A stretch of 64,000 nt of DNA from Candidatus Levyibacteriota bacterium (GCA_963716145.1 OY970292.1:76104-140103), one strand, 5' to 3'; counted from the stretch's first letter, positions 11,169-22,013 are shown. Numbers and translations are program-made. Notes: a model not told the origin generated them from the sequence alone.

Positions 11169-11234
11169 CGGCCCAGCCCCTCTGATTAATAGGTTTATAT
11201 ATGCAAGTAGCACAAAAATTGATAGAATTGATCT

Positions 11235-12305
11235 ATGCGAATAGGAATATACGATCCTTATTTGGACGATCTGGGAGGGGGGGAAAAATACATGATGACT
11301 GTTGCCGCGTATCTTTCTCAGACTCACGAGGTTACAGTATTTTGGGACGATAAAGATGATTTGGGCAAACTCTCTGAGAGATTCTTATTAGATCTAGGTA
11401 AAGTAAAAATAGAAAAAAATATTTTTTCTTCTAAAGTAAGTCTTTTGGAAAGACTATTTAAGACAAGAAATTATGATGCTATTTTTGTATTGACGGATGG
11501 CAGTATTCCTTTTATATTTTCGAAAAAACTCTTCATTCATGTGCAGCAGCCATTATTATCAGCTAGCAACATATCTTGGAAGAATAAATTAAAACTCTCA
11601 AGAGTCACAAGTGTTTTTTATAACTCCAAATTTACCAAATCATTTAACGACAAAATATTTCCCAACACAAAAAATACAGTAATTTATCCGCCTGTTGAAA
11701 TTTTGGCCAAAAATTTAGCAAAAGAAAATATTATCCTTCATGTTGGCAAATTTAGGGTTGCCAATGTAAATAGTGAAGATTACAAAAAGCAGCAGATAAT
11801 GGCTGATGCATTCAAAGCAATGGTTGATAAAGGTCTTAAGAACTGGAAACTTATAATCGCGACGAGTATTAATGATGAAAGTGATCCCCGGTTTAGAAAC
11901 ATGATAGATAGTGGTAAGAATTATCCCATCAAATTTTTGGTGAACAAAAATAATATCGAGTTGTGGGATATATACAGCAAAGCAAAAATTTACTGGCACG
12001 CCTCCGGCTTTGGCGAGGATTTGGAGAACCACCCTGAGTACGCTGAGCATTTTGGAATTTCAACAGTTGAGGCAATGGGAGCAGGCGCTGTTCCCGTAGT
12101 AATAAACGCAGGAGGACAGAAGGAAATAATCACAGACAAGAATGACGGGTTTTTGTGGAATAGTCTTGATGAACTGACGGAAAAAACAAAGTTACTAATA
12201 AATGACAAGGATCTATGGGAAAAAATGTCAGAGGCGGCTAGATCGCGCGCAAAAGACTTTGGTACTGAAAAATTTGGTGGAGCTATTGAGGCAATGTTGA
12301 AATGA
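11235..12305 (+). CDS. GT4 family glycosyltransferase
   Basis: C-terminal EHFGISTVEAMGAGAVPVV...GG..E motif of GT-B/GT4 enzymes. Confidence 0.6.
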   Translation: MRIGIYDPYLDDLGGGEKYMMTVAAYLSQTHEVTVFWDDKDDLGKLSERFLLDLGKVKIEKNIFSSKVSLLERLFKTRNYDAIFVLTDGSIPFIFSKKLFIHVQQPLLSASNISWKNKLKLSRVTSVFYNSKFTKSFNDKIFPNTKNTVIYPPVEILAKNLAKENIILHVGKFRVANVNSEDYKKQQIMADAFKAMVDKGLKNWKLIIATSINDESDPRFRNMIDSGKNYPIKFLVNKNNIELWDIYSKAKIYWHASGFGEDLENHPEYAEHFGISTVEAMGAGAVPVVINAGGQKEIITDKNDGFLWNSLDELTEKTKLLINDKDLWEKMSEAARSRAKDFGTEKFGGAIEAMLK

Positions 12306-14620
12306 AGAAAATCTTACCTATCATTTTTCTTGCAATAATTATAGTTATTTTTTTCTCACTCTTACTTTTTAAGAATCGGCTTCCAATTCCAGCAGACACG
12401 ATTGTCGGCTTGTATCATCCATTCAGAGATTTATACGCGAAAGATTATCCAAATGGAATTGCTTTTAAAAATTTTCTAGTTACTGATCCAGTACGTCAGC
12501 AATATCCATGGAAAAATTTGACGATGAATATCGAAAAACGCTTTGAGTTGCCTCTTTGGAATCCGTATAATTTTGCCGGGACACCTCTTCTGGCCAATTT
12601 TCAATCAGCAGCTTTTTATCCCTTAAATCTTATTTTTTTGGTACTACCTTTCTCTATTGGTTGGAGTGGCTTAGTCTTGCTGCAGCCGTTATTGGCAGGA
12701 GTTTTTCTATATTTATATCTAAATAATCTAAAGATCAGTCGTTATTCTAGCATTTTTGGAGCGGTTAGTTTTGCGTTTTGTGGATTCTCGGTTGCATGGC
12801 TTGAGTGGGGAACCGTATCACACACCGCAATATGGTTACCTTTAGTACTTTTGTCGATAGATAAAATTATGCATAACTCAACTGACTCAAAAATTTCAAA
12901 TTTCAAATTTCAAATTTCAAATAAACAAATAAGTGTTAAGAAAAATTTAGTTTGGGCACTATTATTTTTATTTTCTCTTACCTCATCTTTTTTTGCAGGG
13001 CATTTGCAGATATTCTTTTATTTAATTATTGCATCATTTTCTTACTTCTTATTTCGTTGGTTTCAAGAGGGGAGAAATAAAAAAACTTTAATTATATTCT
13101 TAATTCTCATCTCTTTATTCTTAATACTGACAATTATTCAATGGTTGCCTACTCTACAATTTATTTTTCAAAGTGCGCGCGGAGTAGACCAAAATTGGCA
13201 AAAGGAAGGATGGTTCATTCCTTGGCAGAATCTTGCTCAATTTGTAGCGCCTGATTTTTTTGGTAACCCCACAACGCTTAACTATTGGGGAGTTTGGAAT
13301 TACGCTGAATTCATAGGATATATAGGGATAGTGCCATTAATAATGGCGGCTTGTGCATTTTTTCAAAGACGAGAAAAATTGATTATTTTTTTTGGCTCAA
13401 TCTTTTTTCTATCTCTTTTATTTTCCTTGCCCACTTTTTTTGCAATGATTCCTTTCCAGCTCCAAATCCCATTCATATCAACTGCTCAACCTACCCGACT
13501 TTTATTTTTAACAGACTTTTCGCTTGCAGTTCTGGCAGCCCTGGGAATTGATGCGTTGATGAGTTATAACAAAAGGAGGCAAATAATTTATCCACTATTA
13601 TTGGTTGGTCTTATCCTTGTTGGTTTATGGGTTTTTGTTTTTGCAGGCGCAAATTTATTGCACTCTATATCCTTGGAAAATTTAAATACCGCAAAGCGCA
13701 ATCTTTATTTCCCAACGATTATCTTTGTTGTTACAGCAGTCCTACTTTTTTCCTACGTTTCCTTAAAAAATAAAGCATATAGGTCGCTAATTTTAGTTTT
13801 GCTATTAATATTTACAGTTGGCGATCTTCTTCGGTTTACATATAAATTTACTCCCTTTACTCCTCAAAAATATCTTTATCCTAATACAAAAGCTATCGAT
13901 TTTTTGCAAAAACAAAAAGGACAATTCCGTATCATGACAACGGATGACAGAATTTTGCCCCCAAATTTCTCCATAATGTATCAGTTGCAGACACTTGACG
14001 GCTATGACCCTTTATATCTGTTAAGATACGGAGAATTAGTTACGGCGTCAGAGAGGGGAAGACCGGATATAAAACCTCCATTTGGTTTTAATAGAATAGT
14101 TACTCCACATAATTTTGAATCCAACCTGGTGGATTTGATGAATGTCCGTTTTGTTCTGAGTTTGTCTGAGATAAAATCCCCAAAATTGGAAAAGGTTTTT
14201 GAAGAAGGGCAGACAAAAATTTATAAAAATAATTCCGCTTTTCAAAGAGCTTTTTTGGTAAAAAAGATAATAGCTGTTTCCGGTAAACAAAATGCAATTA
14301 ATACACTATTTAATAGTGAAATTGATTTGAAGCAAACTGCGATAGTTGAAAATTGGAATAATAAAAAAACTGACTTTGCTCAAGGATCAGTAAGTATTGT
14401 AGAATACAAAGAGAATAATATTAGTGTTTTGGTTCAAAGTAGACAAGAAGCATTTTTAGTTCTGGTGGATACTTTCTATCCGACCTGGAGTGCACAAGTT
14501 TGTATGTCCGATGACAGTAGTTGTAAAGAGGCAAAAATTTATCTGACCGACTATAATTTCCGCGGGATAGTAATTCCAAAAGGAGTACACAAGGTAATAT
14601 TTAAGAACTCATTATTATGA
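12302..14620 (+). CDS. YfhO-family polytopic membrane protein (GT-C-type glycosyltransferase); carries an in-frame AAATTTC x4 array
   Basis: 772 aa; C-terminal DTFYPTWSA...GIVIPKGVHKVIFK is the characteristic YfhO end; ATGA overlap with flanking genes. Confidence 0.6.
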   Translation: MKKILPIIFLAIIIVIFFSLLLFKNRLPIPADTIVGLYHPFRDLYAKDYPNGIAFKNFLVTDPVRQQYPWKNLTMNIEKRFELPLWNPYNFAGTPLLANFQSAAFYPLNLIFLVLPFSIGWSGLVLLQPLLAGVFLYLYLNNLKISRYSSIFGAVSFAFCGFSVAWLEWGTVSHTAIWLPLVLLSIDKIMHNSTDSKISNFKFQISNKQISVKKNLVWALLFLFSLTSSFFAGHLQIFFYLIIASFSYFLFRWFQEGRNKKTLIIFLILISLFLILTIIQWLPTLQFIFQSARGVDQNWQKEGWFIPWQNLAQFVAPDFFGNPTTLNYWGVWNYAEFIGYIGIVPLIMAACAFFQRREKLIIFFGSIFFLSLLFSLPTFFAMIPFQLQIPFISTAQPTRLLFLTDFSLAVLAALGIDALMSYNKRRQIIYPLLLVGLILVGLWVFVFAGANLLHSISLENLNTAKRNLYFPTIIFVVTAVLLFSYVSLKNKAYRSLILVLLLIFTVGDLLRFTYKFTPFTPQKYLYPNTKAIDFLQKQKGQFRIMTTDDRILPPNFSIMYQLQTLDGYDPLYLLRYGELVTASERGRPDIKPPFGFNRIVTPHNFESNLVDLMNVRFVLSLSEIKSPKLEKVFEEGQTKIYKNNSAFQRAFLVKKIIAVSGKQNAINTLFNSEIDLKQTAIVENWNNKKTDFAQGSVSIVEYKENNISVLVQSRQEAFLVLVDTFYPTWSAQVCMSDDSSCKEAKIYLTDYNFRGIVIPKGVHKVIFKNSLL
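12889..12922. repeat. Perfect tandem heptanucleotide array (AAATTTC)x4, in frame inside the YfhO-family gene (encodes ...KISNFKFQISNK...)
   Basis: aaatttc at 12891-12897, 12898-12904, 12905-12911, 12912-12918, then partial aaat. Confidence 0.9.
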
Positions 14621-15570
14621 ATCTAAGCATTGTTATACCAAATTATAACGGGGAAAAATTGTTACAAAAAAACTTACCTCTCATTATTGAAGCGGTTAAA
14701 GATTATAAAGAAGGTAAAATTGAAATAATAATTCCGGATGACCCCTCAACCGACAATTCCAGAGAATTTATAAAGGAATTTATCGTGAGTATTAAGCAAA
14801 AAAATATAACAGGATTAACAATCAGTAATGACAAAAAAAACAAAGCTGGCTTTAGTAGAAATGTTAACAGGGGGGTTGGTATCTCAACTGGGGATATTCT
14901 AATCTTACTCAATTCAGACGTTTATCCTCATAAAGATTTTCTTGAACCGCTCCTCAAACACTTTGAAGAAGGAGAAGTTTTTGCTGTTGGATGTTTGGAC
15001 GAAAGTATTGAGAATGGTAGTAAAATTCTTCGCGGCCGGGGATTGGGGAGTTTTAAGCGCGGCTTTTTAGTTCATAGAGCAGGAAGTATTGATAAGGAAA
15101 ACACTTTGTGGGCAAGTGGGGGGAGCGGAGCGTTCAGGAAAAGTATCTGGGAGACTTTAGGTGGATTTGATCCATTGTTTGACCCATTTTATTGGGAAGA
15201 TATTGATCTTTCCTATAGAGCATTAAAGTCAGGATACAAAATCAGGTTTGAGCCAAAGAGTATTGTCATCCATGAGCATGAAAAAGGTACAGTAAAAGAA
15301 ATGTTTGAGGATGATTATGTCAAAAATATTTCTTACAGAAATCAATTTATTTTTACTTGGAAAAATATAACAGATTCTGACCTATTCATATTACACGTTG
15401 TCTGGCTGCCCTACCATCTGTTAAGAGCGCTGATTAGCGGAGATTGGCAATTTTTTAACGGGCTCTTTATGGCATTGGTAAATTTTGGTAGAATACACAA
15501 ATCAAGACAATTGGTTAAAAAATTATTTATCAAAACAGATTATCAAGTATTGAAAGACTACAAAGAATGA
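14617..15570 (+). CDS. GT2 family glycosyltransferase
   Basis: LSIVIPNYNGEKLL...IIIPDDPSTDNS; GT-A hallmarks. Confidence 0.7.
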   Translation: MNLSIVIPNYNGEKLLQKNLPLIIEAVKDYKEGKIEIIIPDDPSTDNSREFIKEFIVSIKQKNITGLTISNDKKNKAGFSRNVNRGVGISTGDILILLNSDVYPHKDFLEPLLKHFEEGEVFAVGCLDESIENGSKILRGRGLGSFKRGFLVHRAGSIDKENTLWASGGSGAFRKSIWETLGGFDPLFDPFYWEDIDLSYRALKSGYKIRFEPKSIVIHEHEKGTVKEMFEDDYVKNISYRNQFIFTWKNITDSDLFILHVVWLPYHLLRALISGDWQFFNGLFMALVNFGRIHKSRQLVKKLFIKTDYQVLKDYKE

Positions 15571-16292
15571 AATTATCCATAATTATTCCTGTTTTTAATG
15601 AGGAAAACACAATTGTTCCTGTTCTTGAAAAAGTGGAAAAGCTTATAATTCCCGGGGTTAGTAAGGAAATAATCGTAGTGGACGATGGATCGACCGATGG
15701 TTCTGCATCGGTAATTTCAAATTTCAAATCTCAAATTTCAAATAATAAAAATTATAAGTTTATTTATCATAAAAAAAATCAAGGAAAAGGAGCTGCTGTT
15801 ATATCCGGTATTAGAAACGCGACCGGGGATTATATTACTATTCAGGATGCGGATCTTGAATATGACCCATCCTACTTCACATCACTTATTGTTCCAATCA
15901 AAAAAGGCCAGGGATTAGTGGTTTACGGTACCCGGCTTAAGAGACTGCCTCATCTTTTTAACGAAGAAAGCCACGGCCTTTTCCTTTTGCATTATTTAGG
16001 GAATAGGTCTTTAAGTTTTATAACCAGTGTTTTGTACGGTCAATGGATAACCGATATGGAAACTTGTTACAAAATCTTTCCACGAGAGGCTGTTAAAGGT
16101 ATGAAGTTAAATGCAAAAGGTTTTGAGTTTGAACCTGAAATTACGGCAAAGCTGCTTAAGAAAAAATTCAAGATTGTCGAACTGCCGATATCTACTGTCC
16201 CTCGGGGTTATAACGAAGGTAAAAAACTACACACAGTTAGAGACGGAGCAAAAGCGCTTTGGTCACTGGTTAAATATCGGTTTGTTGATTAA
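15567..16292 (+). CDS. GT2 polyprenol-phosphate glycosyltransferase (DPM synthase-like); carries an in-frame AAATTTC array
   Basis: LSIIIPVFNEE...VVDDGSTDGS...IQDADLEYDP motifs. Confidence 0.7.
   Translation: MKLSIIIPVFNEENTIVPVLEKVEKLIIPGVSKEIIVVDDGSTDGSASVISNFKSQISNNKNYKFIYHKKNQGKGAAVISGIRNATGDYITIQDADLEYDPSYFTSLIVPIKKGQGLVVYGTRLKRLPHLFNEESHGLFLLHYLGNRSLSFITSVLYGQWITDMETCYKIFPREAVKGMKLNAKGFEFEPEITAKLLKKKFKIVELPISTVPRGYNEGKKLHTVRDGAKALWSLVKYRFVD
15713..15744. repeat. Tandem heptanucleotide array (AATTTCA)x4, one variant unit aatctca, in frame in the DPM-synthase-like GT2
   Basis: units at 15713-15719, 15720-15726, 15727-15733 (variant), 15734-15740; encodes ISNFKSQISNN. Confidence 0.9.
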
Positions 16293-16301
16293 AATAAAAG
16301 A

Positions 16302-17798
16302 ATGAGCATGCATATTTTTGAGAAAATTAAGTTAAATCTTCCGCTTCTTCTTTCTTTGTTTTTTATTTTTATAATTTCCTTATGGTTAAGGTTAGCTTTT
16401 CTGGATACAAATTTATTTTTTGGTCCAGAGCAGGGTAGGGATTTTTTAGTAATTAAAGAACTTGTTTTACAGCATAGATTGACACTAATTGGACCAAAAA
16501 CGGATATAGCCGGCATCTTTCACGGTCCGGTATTTTACTACTTTACAGCTATACCATTTGCAATGAGTCAAGGCGACCCTCTTTTTTCGGCAAAGTTTTT
16601 AATTGTAGTTAATTGTATAACAGTATTTTTTATCTATCTTTTGGGTGCACGTCTTCACAACCGTTCCACCGGTCTTGTAGCAGCAATTTTATTTGCTTTC
16701 TCTTTCAACGCAATTGTTTACGCGCGTTGGCTTTCAAATCCTCCATTATCTATTCCGTTGGTCACAATGGCAATGTTTTTCTTAATAGATTTTCTTAAAG
16801 GAAATAAAAAAAGCTTATTGGGCTATTCAATTTGCTTGGGCTTGCTTGGTCAAGTGGAATTCTTAAATATTTTATTTTTTGTAGCTATTACATTATGTGT
16901 TATTTTTGTATTTTTTAAACGTTTTAGAAAAACATCAGCTGTTTTTTTACTCATCAATTTTCTTATTGTTTCACTTTTGTGCGTTGGTTCATATATCTTA
17001 TTTGATATAAGGCATCAGTTCCTTATTACGAATAATATATTAAATCTTCTCAGGGGACAAACAGGGTTTCATATTTCTTTATTGTCTGCATTGCAAAAAA
17101 GTAGTTTAGAGTTTTTTAATTCATTTACGGTAACTGTTTTGCCTTTTAGAGGACCTTGGAGTTTTTTGCTTTTATTTTTTGCTGCGGGACTACTTCTTAT
17201 TCGCGCCAAAAAGCAGAAAGAGTATGTTCTAGTAATATTATGGTTATTTATTCCGGTGTTTTTACTTATCATTCTGCGCCATGATGTTCTAGAGCAATTT
17301 TTTGTCGCACTTATCCCTGCTTTTATTCTTGTCACGGCATTGGCGATTGAATCAGTATTGAAAAAAGCTCCACCGCTTGGAATCATTATCGTCATTCTAG
17401 TGATCAGTATGCAGCTAATTGCTTGGAAAAATACAATTCCGCAAAACAAAAATATTTTTTTTCAGACACCACAACCGGATCTTCGCTACTCCGATGTATT
17501 GAAAACAATAGATCGAATCTACCAAGAATCAGGTCAAAAATCATTTGCTGTTCAGGCATATACCATTCCCTATTGGAATCAACAGGCTTGGGAATATCTA
17601 TTCTGGAGTTATGGTGCGAAAAAATACGCAAGATTACCTATCAGTCAAAAAGACACTAAAAAATTGTTTGTTATCATTCAAGATGATTCAGATTCCAAGT
17701 ATCAACAAGATTGGCTTAAAAACACTGTAAGTAAATGGGGATCAGTGACGCAGACTTTTCGTTACGGCGTCTTGACTACGCGGGAATTGCAATTATAG
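16302..17798 (+). CDS. Polytopic membrane protein, putative GT-C glycosyltransferase (paralog family with 22010.. and 23566..)
   Basis: 498 aa; shared RD...LTLIGP....G.F.GP.FY motif with two downstream paralogs. Confidence 0.4.
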   Translation: MSMHIFEKIKLNLPLLLSLFFIFIISLWLRLAFLDTNLFFGPEQGRDFLVIKELVLQHRLTLIGPKTDIAGIFHGPVFYYFTAIPFAMSQGDPLFSAKFLIVVNCITVFFIYLLGARLHNRSTGLVAAILFAFSFNAIVYARWLSNPPLSIPLVTMAMFFLIDFLKGNKKSLLGYSICLGLLGQVEFLNILFFVAITLCVIFVFFKRFRKTSAVFLLINFLIVSLLCVGSYILFDIRHQFLITNNILNLLRGQTGFHISLLSALQKSSLEFFNSFTVTVLPFRGPWSFLLLFFAAGLLLIRAKKQKEYVLVILWLFIPVFLLIILRHDVLEQFFVALIPAFILVTALAIESVLKKAPPLGIIIVILVISMQLIAWKNTIPQNKNIFFQTPQPDLRYSDVLKTIDRIYQESGQKSFAVQAYTIPYWNQQAWEYLFWSYGAKKYARLPISQKDTKKLFVIIQDDSDSKYQQDWLKNTVSKWGSVTQTFRYGVLTTRELQL

Positions 17799-17816
17799 TG
17801 TTGAAGTTGGATAAAA

Positions 17817-19502
17817 ATGAAAAAGCTTTTTAATACAAAGATTATATTAGCTATTGTAGTTCTAATTGCGGCATTTTTACGCTTTTATCAACTTGGAGTA
17901 AATCCGCCCTCATTAACCTGGGATGAGGTGGCATGGGGATACAATGCCTATTCGATAGGGGTTGACGGACGTGATGAATTCGGAAGATTGCTGCCATATG
18001 ACTATCTTGAATCCTTCGGAGATTTTAAACCTCCAATGTATGCATATTTAAGCGTGATTCCCGTTAAGATTTTTGGTCTTAATGAATTTGCAACCCGCTT
18101 TGCCTCAGCGTTTTTTGGAACCTTAACGGTATTAATTACTTATTTTTTGGTGAAAGCTTTGTTCTCATTAAATCCGAAACAAACTCAAAATTCAAAAAAT
18201 TCATTGGGAATTGGGAATTGGGAATTGGGAATCCCAATAGTAGCAACAATATTCTTGGCAATCTCACCGTGGCACATTATGCTCTCCAGAGCTGCTTTTG
18301 AAGCAAATGTCGCAACCTTCTTTTTAGTTTTCGGAGTTACAAGTTTTCTTTATTGGATAAAGGAAAAAAATACATTTCTCATATTCTCAGTACTGTCGTT
18401 TGCTTTCTCACTTTATACATTTAATTCTGCCCGCGTAGTAGCTCCGCTTTTGGTTAGTATGTTGGTTGCGGGATTTTGGAAAACATTGTGGCAAAGGAAA
18501 AATGCTGTTATCGTAGCAGGGATTATCGGATTTTTGCTTGTTGCACCCCTTGTCCCCTTCTTGCTATCTCCACAGGCAGGATTGAGATATAAAGAGGTAA
18601 ATATTTTTTCTGATCCGCAAATTGTAGAAAAGGCTAATCAGCAAATCACCAATGATAATAACGTCTGGTGGTCAAAGATTATCCATAATCGGCGCGTAGG
18701 ATATGGATTATCTTATTTGCAACATTATTTAGATAACTTTTCCCCTGACTTTCTGTTTATAAAGGGGGACGGAAATCCCAAATTTTCCACGCAAGAAGTC
18801 GGACAAATGTATATTTGGTCATTACCATTTTTTATCTTAGGCGTACTTTTTCTATTTAAAAAGAGAGAAGGATATTGGTGGATAGTTCCTGCTTGGTTAT
18901 TGCTCGGTATTGTTCCCGCGGCAGTAGCGCGTGAGACTCCTCATGCTTTAAGGACTGAGGGGACATTGCCTACATTTCAAATACTTGAGGCTTATGGTTT
19001 TATAGGAACTCTCTTCTTTCTTAAGGAGCATTTCAGAAGGAAGATTCTTACTTTCACCTGCGCAATCTTCGGGATAATATATATGTTGAATTTTGTTTAT
19101 TTTCTTCATGGTTATTATGTTCATTATGCATGGAAATGGTCAGGTGAATGGCAGTATGGTTATAAAGATTCGATCACTTTTGTTAAAGATAATGAACAGC
19201 AATTTGATAAAATTTTCGTAACAGACTCTCTAGGAAGACCGTATGTTTATTACCTATTTTATCTACATATTTCTCCTGAAACTTTCAGAAATAATGTAAA
19301 AGTAGAACGTGATGCATTCGGATTTGTAAAAGTAAAAGAAGTTGGAAAATTTTCTTTTGAGAGTAATATTAGCGGAAGCAAGCTTAAAGGTGAGAAAGTT
19401 TTATATATTAGTGATATGAAAAATATTCCTCAAAAGGCAAAAGTTCTAAAAACGTTTTATCTCAAAAACGGAAGCCCAATATTAATTGCATACAGTATGT
19501 AA
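17817..19502 (+). CDS. PMT/ArnT-like GT-C glycosyltransferase (GT39/GT83-like); carries an in-frame TTGGGAA x4 array
   Basis: 561 aa; N-terminal loop WDEVAWGYNAYS with DE motif, ~12 TM helices, large C-terminal domain. Confidence 0.5.
   Translation: MKKLFNTKIILAIVVLIAAFLRFYQLGVNPPSLTWDEVAWGYNAYSIGVDGRDEFGRLLPYDYLESFGDFKPPMYAYLSVIPVKIFGLNEFATRFASAFFGTLTVLITYFLVKALFSLNPKQTQNSKNSLGIGNWELGIPIVATIFLAISPWHIMLSRAAFEANVATFFLVFGVTSFLYWIKEKNTFLIFSVLSFAFSLYTFNSARVVAPLLVSMLVAGFWKTLWQRKNAVIVAGIIGFLLVAPLVPFLLSPQAGLRYKEVNIFSDPQIVEKANQQITNDNNVWWSKIIHNRRVGYGLSYLQHYLDNFSPDFLFIKGDGNPKFSTQEVGQMYIWSLPFFILGVLFLFKKREGYWWIVPAWLLLGIVPAAVARETPHALRTEGTLPTFQILEAYGFIGTLFFLKEHFRRKILTFTCAIFGIIYMLNFVYFLHGYYVHYAWKWSGEWQYGYKDSITFVKDNEQQFDKIFVTDSLGRPYVYYLFYLHISPETFRNNVKVERDAFGFVKVKEVGKFSFESNISGSKLKGEKVLYISDMKNIPQKAKVLKTFYLKNGSPILIAYSM
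18204..18245. repeat. Perfect tandem heptanucleotide array (TTGGGAA)x4 ending in the palindrome ATTGGGAATCCCAAT, in frame in the PMT-like gene
   Basis: units 18204-18210, 18211-18217, 18218-18224, 18225-18231; encodes LGIGNWELGI. Confidence 0.9.
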
Positions 19503-19503
19503 C

Positions 19504-21141
19504 ATGAAAAAAAAGGTCGGAATATTATTACTTGCTATTTTAGCTTTAGCGTTTATATTAAGATTTTGGGATTTAGGCAAAGTTCCAATATCGCCAGATT
19601 GGGATGAGGCAGCACTTGGTTATAATGCATATTCGATTATTCAAACAGGAAGAGATGAATATGGTAAATTTTTCCCGGTTATTTTTAGATCCTTTGATGA
19701 TTATAAACCTGGGCTATATACATACCTCGTAATACCATCGGTGTATATATTTGGCCTAAATACCTTCGCTGTACGTTTACCTTCGGCAGTATTAGGCGTA
19801 TTTGCTGTTTTGGCAACGTTTTATCTAGTACGTGAATTATTTAAGCGTGATGAATACGCGCTAATTGCAGCTTTGCTATTGGCAATTTCCCCTTGGCATC
19901 TCCAATTTTCCAGGGTTGGTTTTGAGGCCAATATAGGGGACGCATTGAATATCTTTGCAGCGTTATTTTTTATTAAAGGATTAAAAAAGCCTTGGTTTTT
20001 GACACTGTGTACTCTTTGCGCGGCTCTTTCTTTACATGCTTATCAATCTGAAAAAGTTTTCACTCCGCTTTTTATGCTTTTGTTAATCGCGGTATACTTT
20101 AAGGATTTAATTAAAATAGACAGGAAGAAGTTTATCGCCGCGATTCTTGTAGGCATGGTTGTGACATTACCGTTGATAAATGCGATTATTTCGGATAAAA
20201 ATGTTTTACTCAGAGCAAAAGGTACAAGCATTTTTCAAGATCAAGACTGGTTACTCAAAGATCAGATAGCTACCTTGCAGCATTCGGTTACTCAAGGAGA
20301 TAAGCTAGGCTTACTGCTTGATAATAGGAGGGTTTTATATCTAAAAACAGTTATAGCTGGATATTTAGTGCATTTTAATCCGAATTGGTTGTTAATAAAA
20401 AATGATATCGGCCGGCATCACGCTCCTGACATGGGATTAATATATATATGGGAATTCCCTCTTATTTTGATAGGTATTTACTCTCTGCTTTTTCATAAAT
20501 TTGATAAAAAAACAAAACTATTTATTTTCGGATGGTTTTTGCTTGTTCCGGTACCTGCATCTATTACAACTGAACTTCCTCATCCAGTGAGAACTTTAAA
20601 TTTCCTACCAACATGGCAAGTATTTACCATGCTTGGTCTTGTGACCGCGTACGGTCTTTGGAAGAATATAAAAAATAACGTATTCAGAATTATCCTAGCT
20701 GTATCTTTTCTGGGGGCTGTATTTCTTAACTTTTTTTATTATCTTAATCAGTATTTTGTTCAACAAAATTATTATTATGCGAGTGATTGGCAATATGGTT
20801 ATGAGTCAGCAATTAAGACTATACAGGAAGAAAAAAAGAATTATAAAAAAGTGATTGTTTCGGATCATGCACCCATGGATAAATCATATATATTTTTCTT
20901 GTTTTATCTTAAATATCCACCTGCAATTTATCAATTAGTGGGTGCGAAAAGTTCAGGTAATTTTGCTGCCCATCACGAATTTGATAAATACGAATTCCGA
21001 CTGATAAATTGGGATAACGAAAAAAAAAGCCCGGACATACTCTACATTGGAACACCAAAAGATTTTCCTGAGAAAGTAAAAGTTAAAAAAACTATCCCAT
21101 ATCCTGATGGAAAGCCCGCGATTAAAATAGTAGAAGGATAA
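19504..21141 (+). CDS. PMT/ArnT-like GT-C glycosyltransferase (tandem paralog of 17817..19502)
   Basis: WDEAALGYNAYS motif; ATG at 19504 immediately follows upstream stop (ORF track starts at 19486). Confidence 0.5.
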   Translation: MKKKVGILLLAILALAFILRFWDLGKVPISPDWDEAALGYNAYSIIQTGRDEYGKFFPVIFRSFDDYKPGLYTYLVIPSVYIFGLNTFAVRLPSAVLGVFAVLATFYLVRELFKRDEYALIAALLLAISPWHLQFSRVGFEANIGDALNIFAALFFIKGLKKPWFLTLCTLCAALSLHAYQSEKVFTPLFMLLLIAVYFKDLIKIDRKKFIAAILVGMVVTLPLINAIISDKNVLLRAKGTSIFQDQDWLLKDQIATLQHSVTQGDKLGLLLDNRRVLYLKTVIAGYLVHFNPNWLLIKNDIGRHHAPDMGLIYIWEFPLILIGIYSLLFHKFDKKTKLFIFGWFLLVPVPASITTELPHPVRTLNFLPTWQVFTMLGLVTAYGLWKNIKNNVFRIILAVSFLGAVFLNFFYYLNQYFVQQNYYYASDWQYGYESAIKTIQEEKKNYKKVIVSDHAPMDKSYIFFLFYLKYPPAIYQLVGAKSSGNFAAHHEFDKYEFRLINWDNEKKSPDILYIGTPKDFPEKVKVKKTIPYPDGKPAIKIVEG

Positions 21142-21146
21142 TAATT

Positions 21147-22013
21147 ATGAAAAAGCTGACAGTTGCTTTGGCGACATACAATGAGGAAAGTAATTTATCC
21201 GAGTGTCTTGAGTCTGTAAAAGACTTGGCTAATGAAATCGTTATCGTAGATGGTTCATCAACAGACAGGACTATAGAGATTGCCAGGAAGTTTGATTCAA
21301 AAATAGTTATTACAAACAATCCGCCAATTTTTCATATCAATAAGCAAAAAGCATTGGATTTAGCAACTAATGAGTGGATACTCCAGCTCGATGCCGATGA
21401 GCGCGTAAGTCCGAAATTGGCTCAGGAAATAAAAAAAGTTATTGATATGTCCGATGAGGAATTAAAAGATTATCAGCAAAATCTTCCAAGCAAAAAATTA
21501 TTTCTCAGGCACCAGAAGTTACTTGAAGAAAGAGATGGGAGAATTGGGGCATCAGACGGTCCGTATGTCGCATTTTTTATTCCTCGTCTGAATTACTTTC
21601 TGGGAAGATATTTAAGACATGGCGGCGTTTATCCTGATGGAGTGATAAGGCTTGTAAAAAGGGGATTTGCTCATTTTCCAAGTATTGATGTGCACGAGCA
21701 AATGGCGGTAGATGGACGCGTGGGATGGATTAATAATCCTCTTAATCATAAAGATTCTCCGACATTTGGGCGGTATTTGCAGCGCAATAGCCGATATATT
21801 GATTTAATCACAAAAAAGCTGGAGAAAGAGAATGCCAAAAAAGATATAAAAACCTCGGCTAGTTATCTTGTATTCAAACCACTCTCCTGGTTTTTCATTA
21901 CACAAGTGCGGCATAAAGGTGTTCTGGACGGATATCAAGGGGTAATTTTTTCATTCTTTTCAGCATTGCGATTTCCCAGAGCATACTTAAGATATATAAG
22001 AAAGTCAGAATGA
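21147..22013 (+). CDS. GT2 family glycosyltransferase
   Basis: LTVALATYNEESNL...IVIVDGSSTDRT. Confidence 0.65.
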   Translation: MKKLTVALATYNEESNLSECLESVKDLANEIVIVDGSSTDRTIEIARKFDSKIVITNNPPIFHINKQKALDLATNEWILQLDADERVSPKLAQEIKKVIDMSDEELKDYQQNLPSKKLFLRHQKLLEERDGRIGASDGPYVAFFIPRLNYFLGRYLRHGGVYPDGVIRLVKRGFAHFPSIDVHEQMAVDGRVGWINNPLNHKDSPTFGRYLQRNSRYIDLITKKLEKENAKKDIKTSASYLVFKPLSWFFITQVRHKGVLDGYQGVIFSFFSALRFPRAYLRYIRKSE

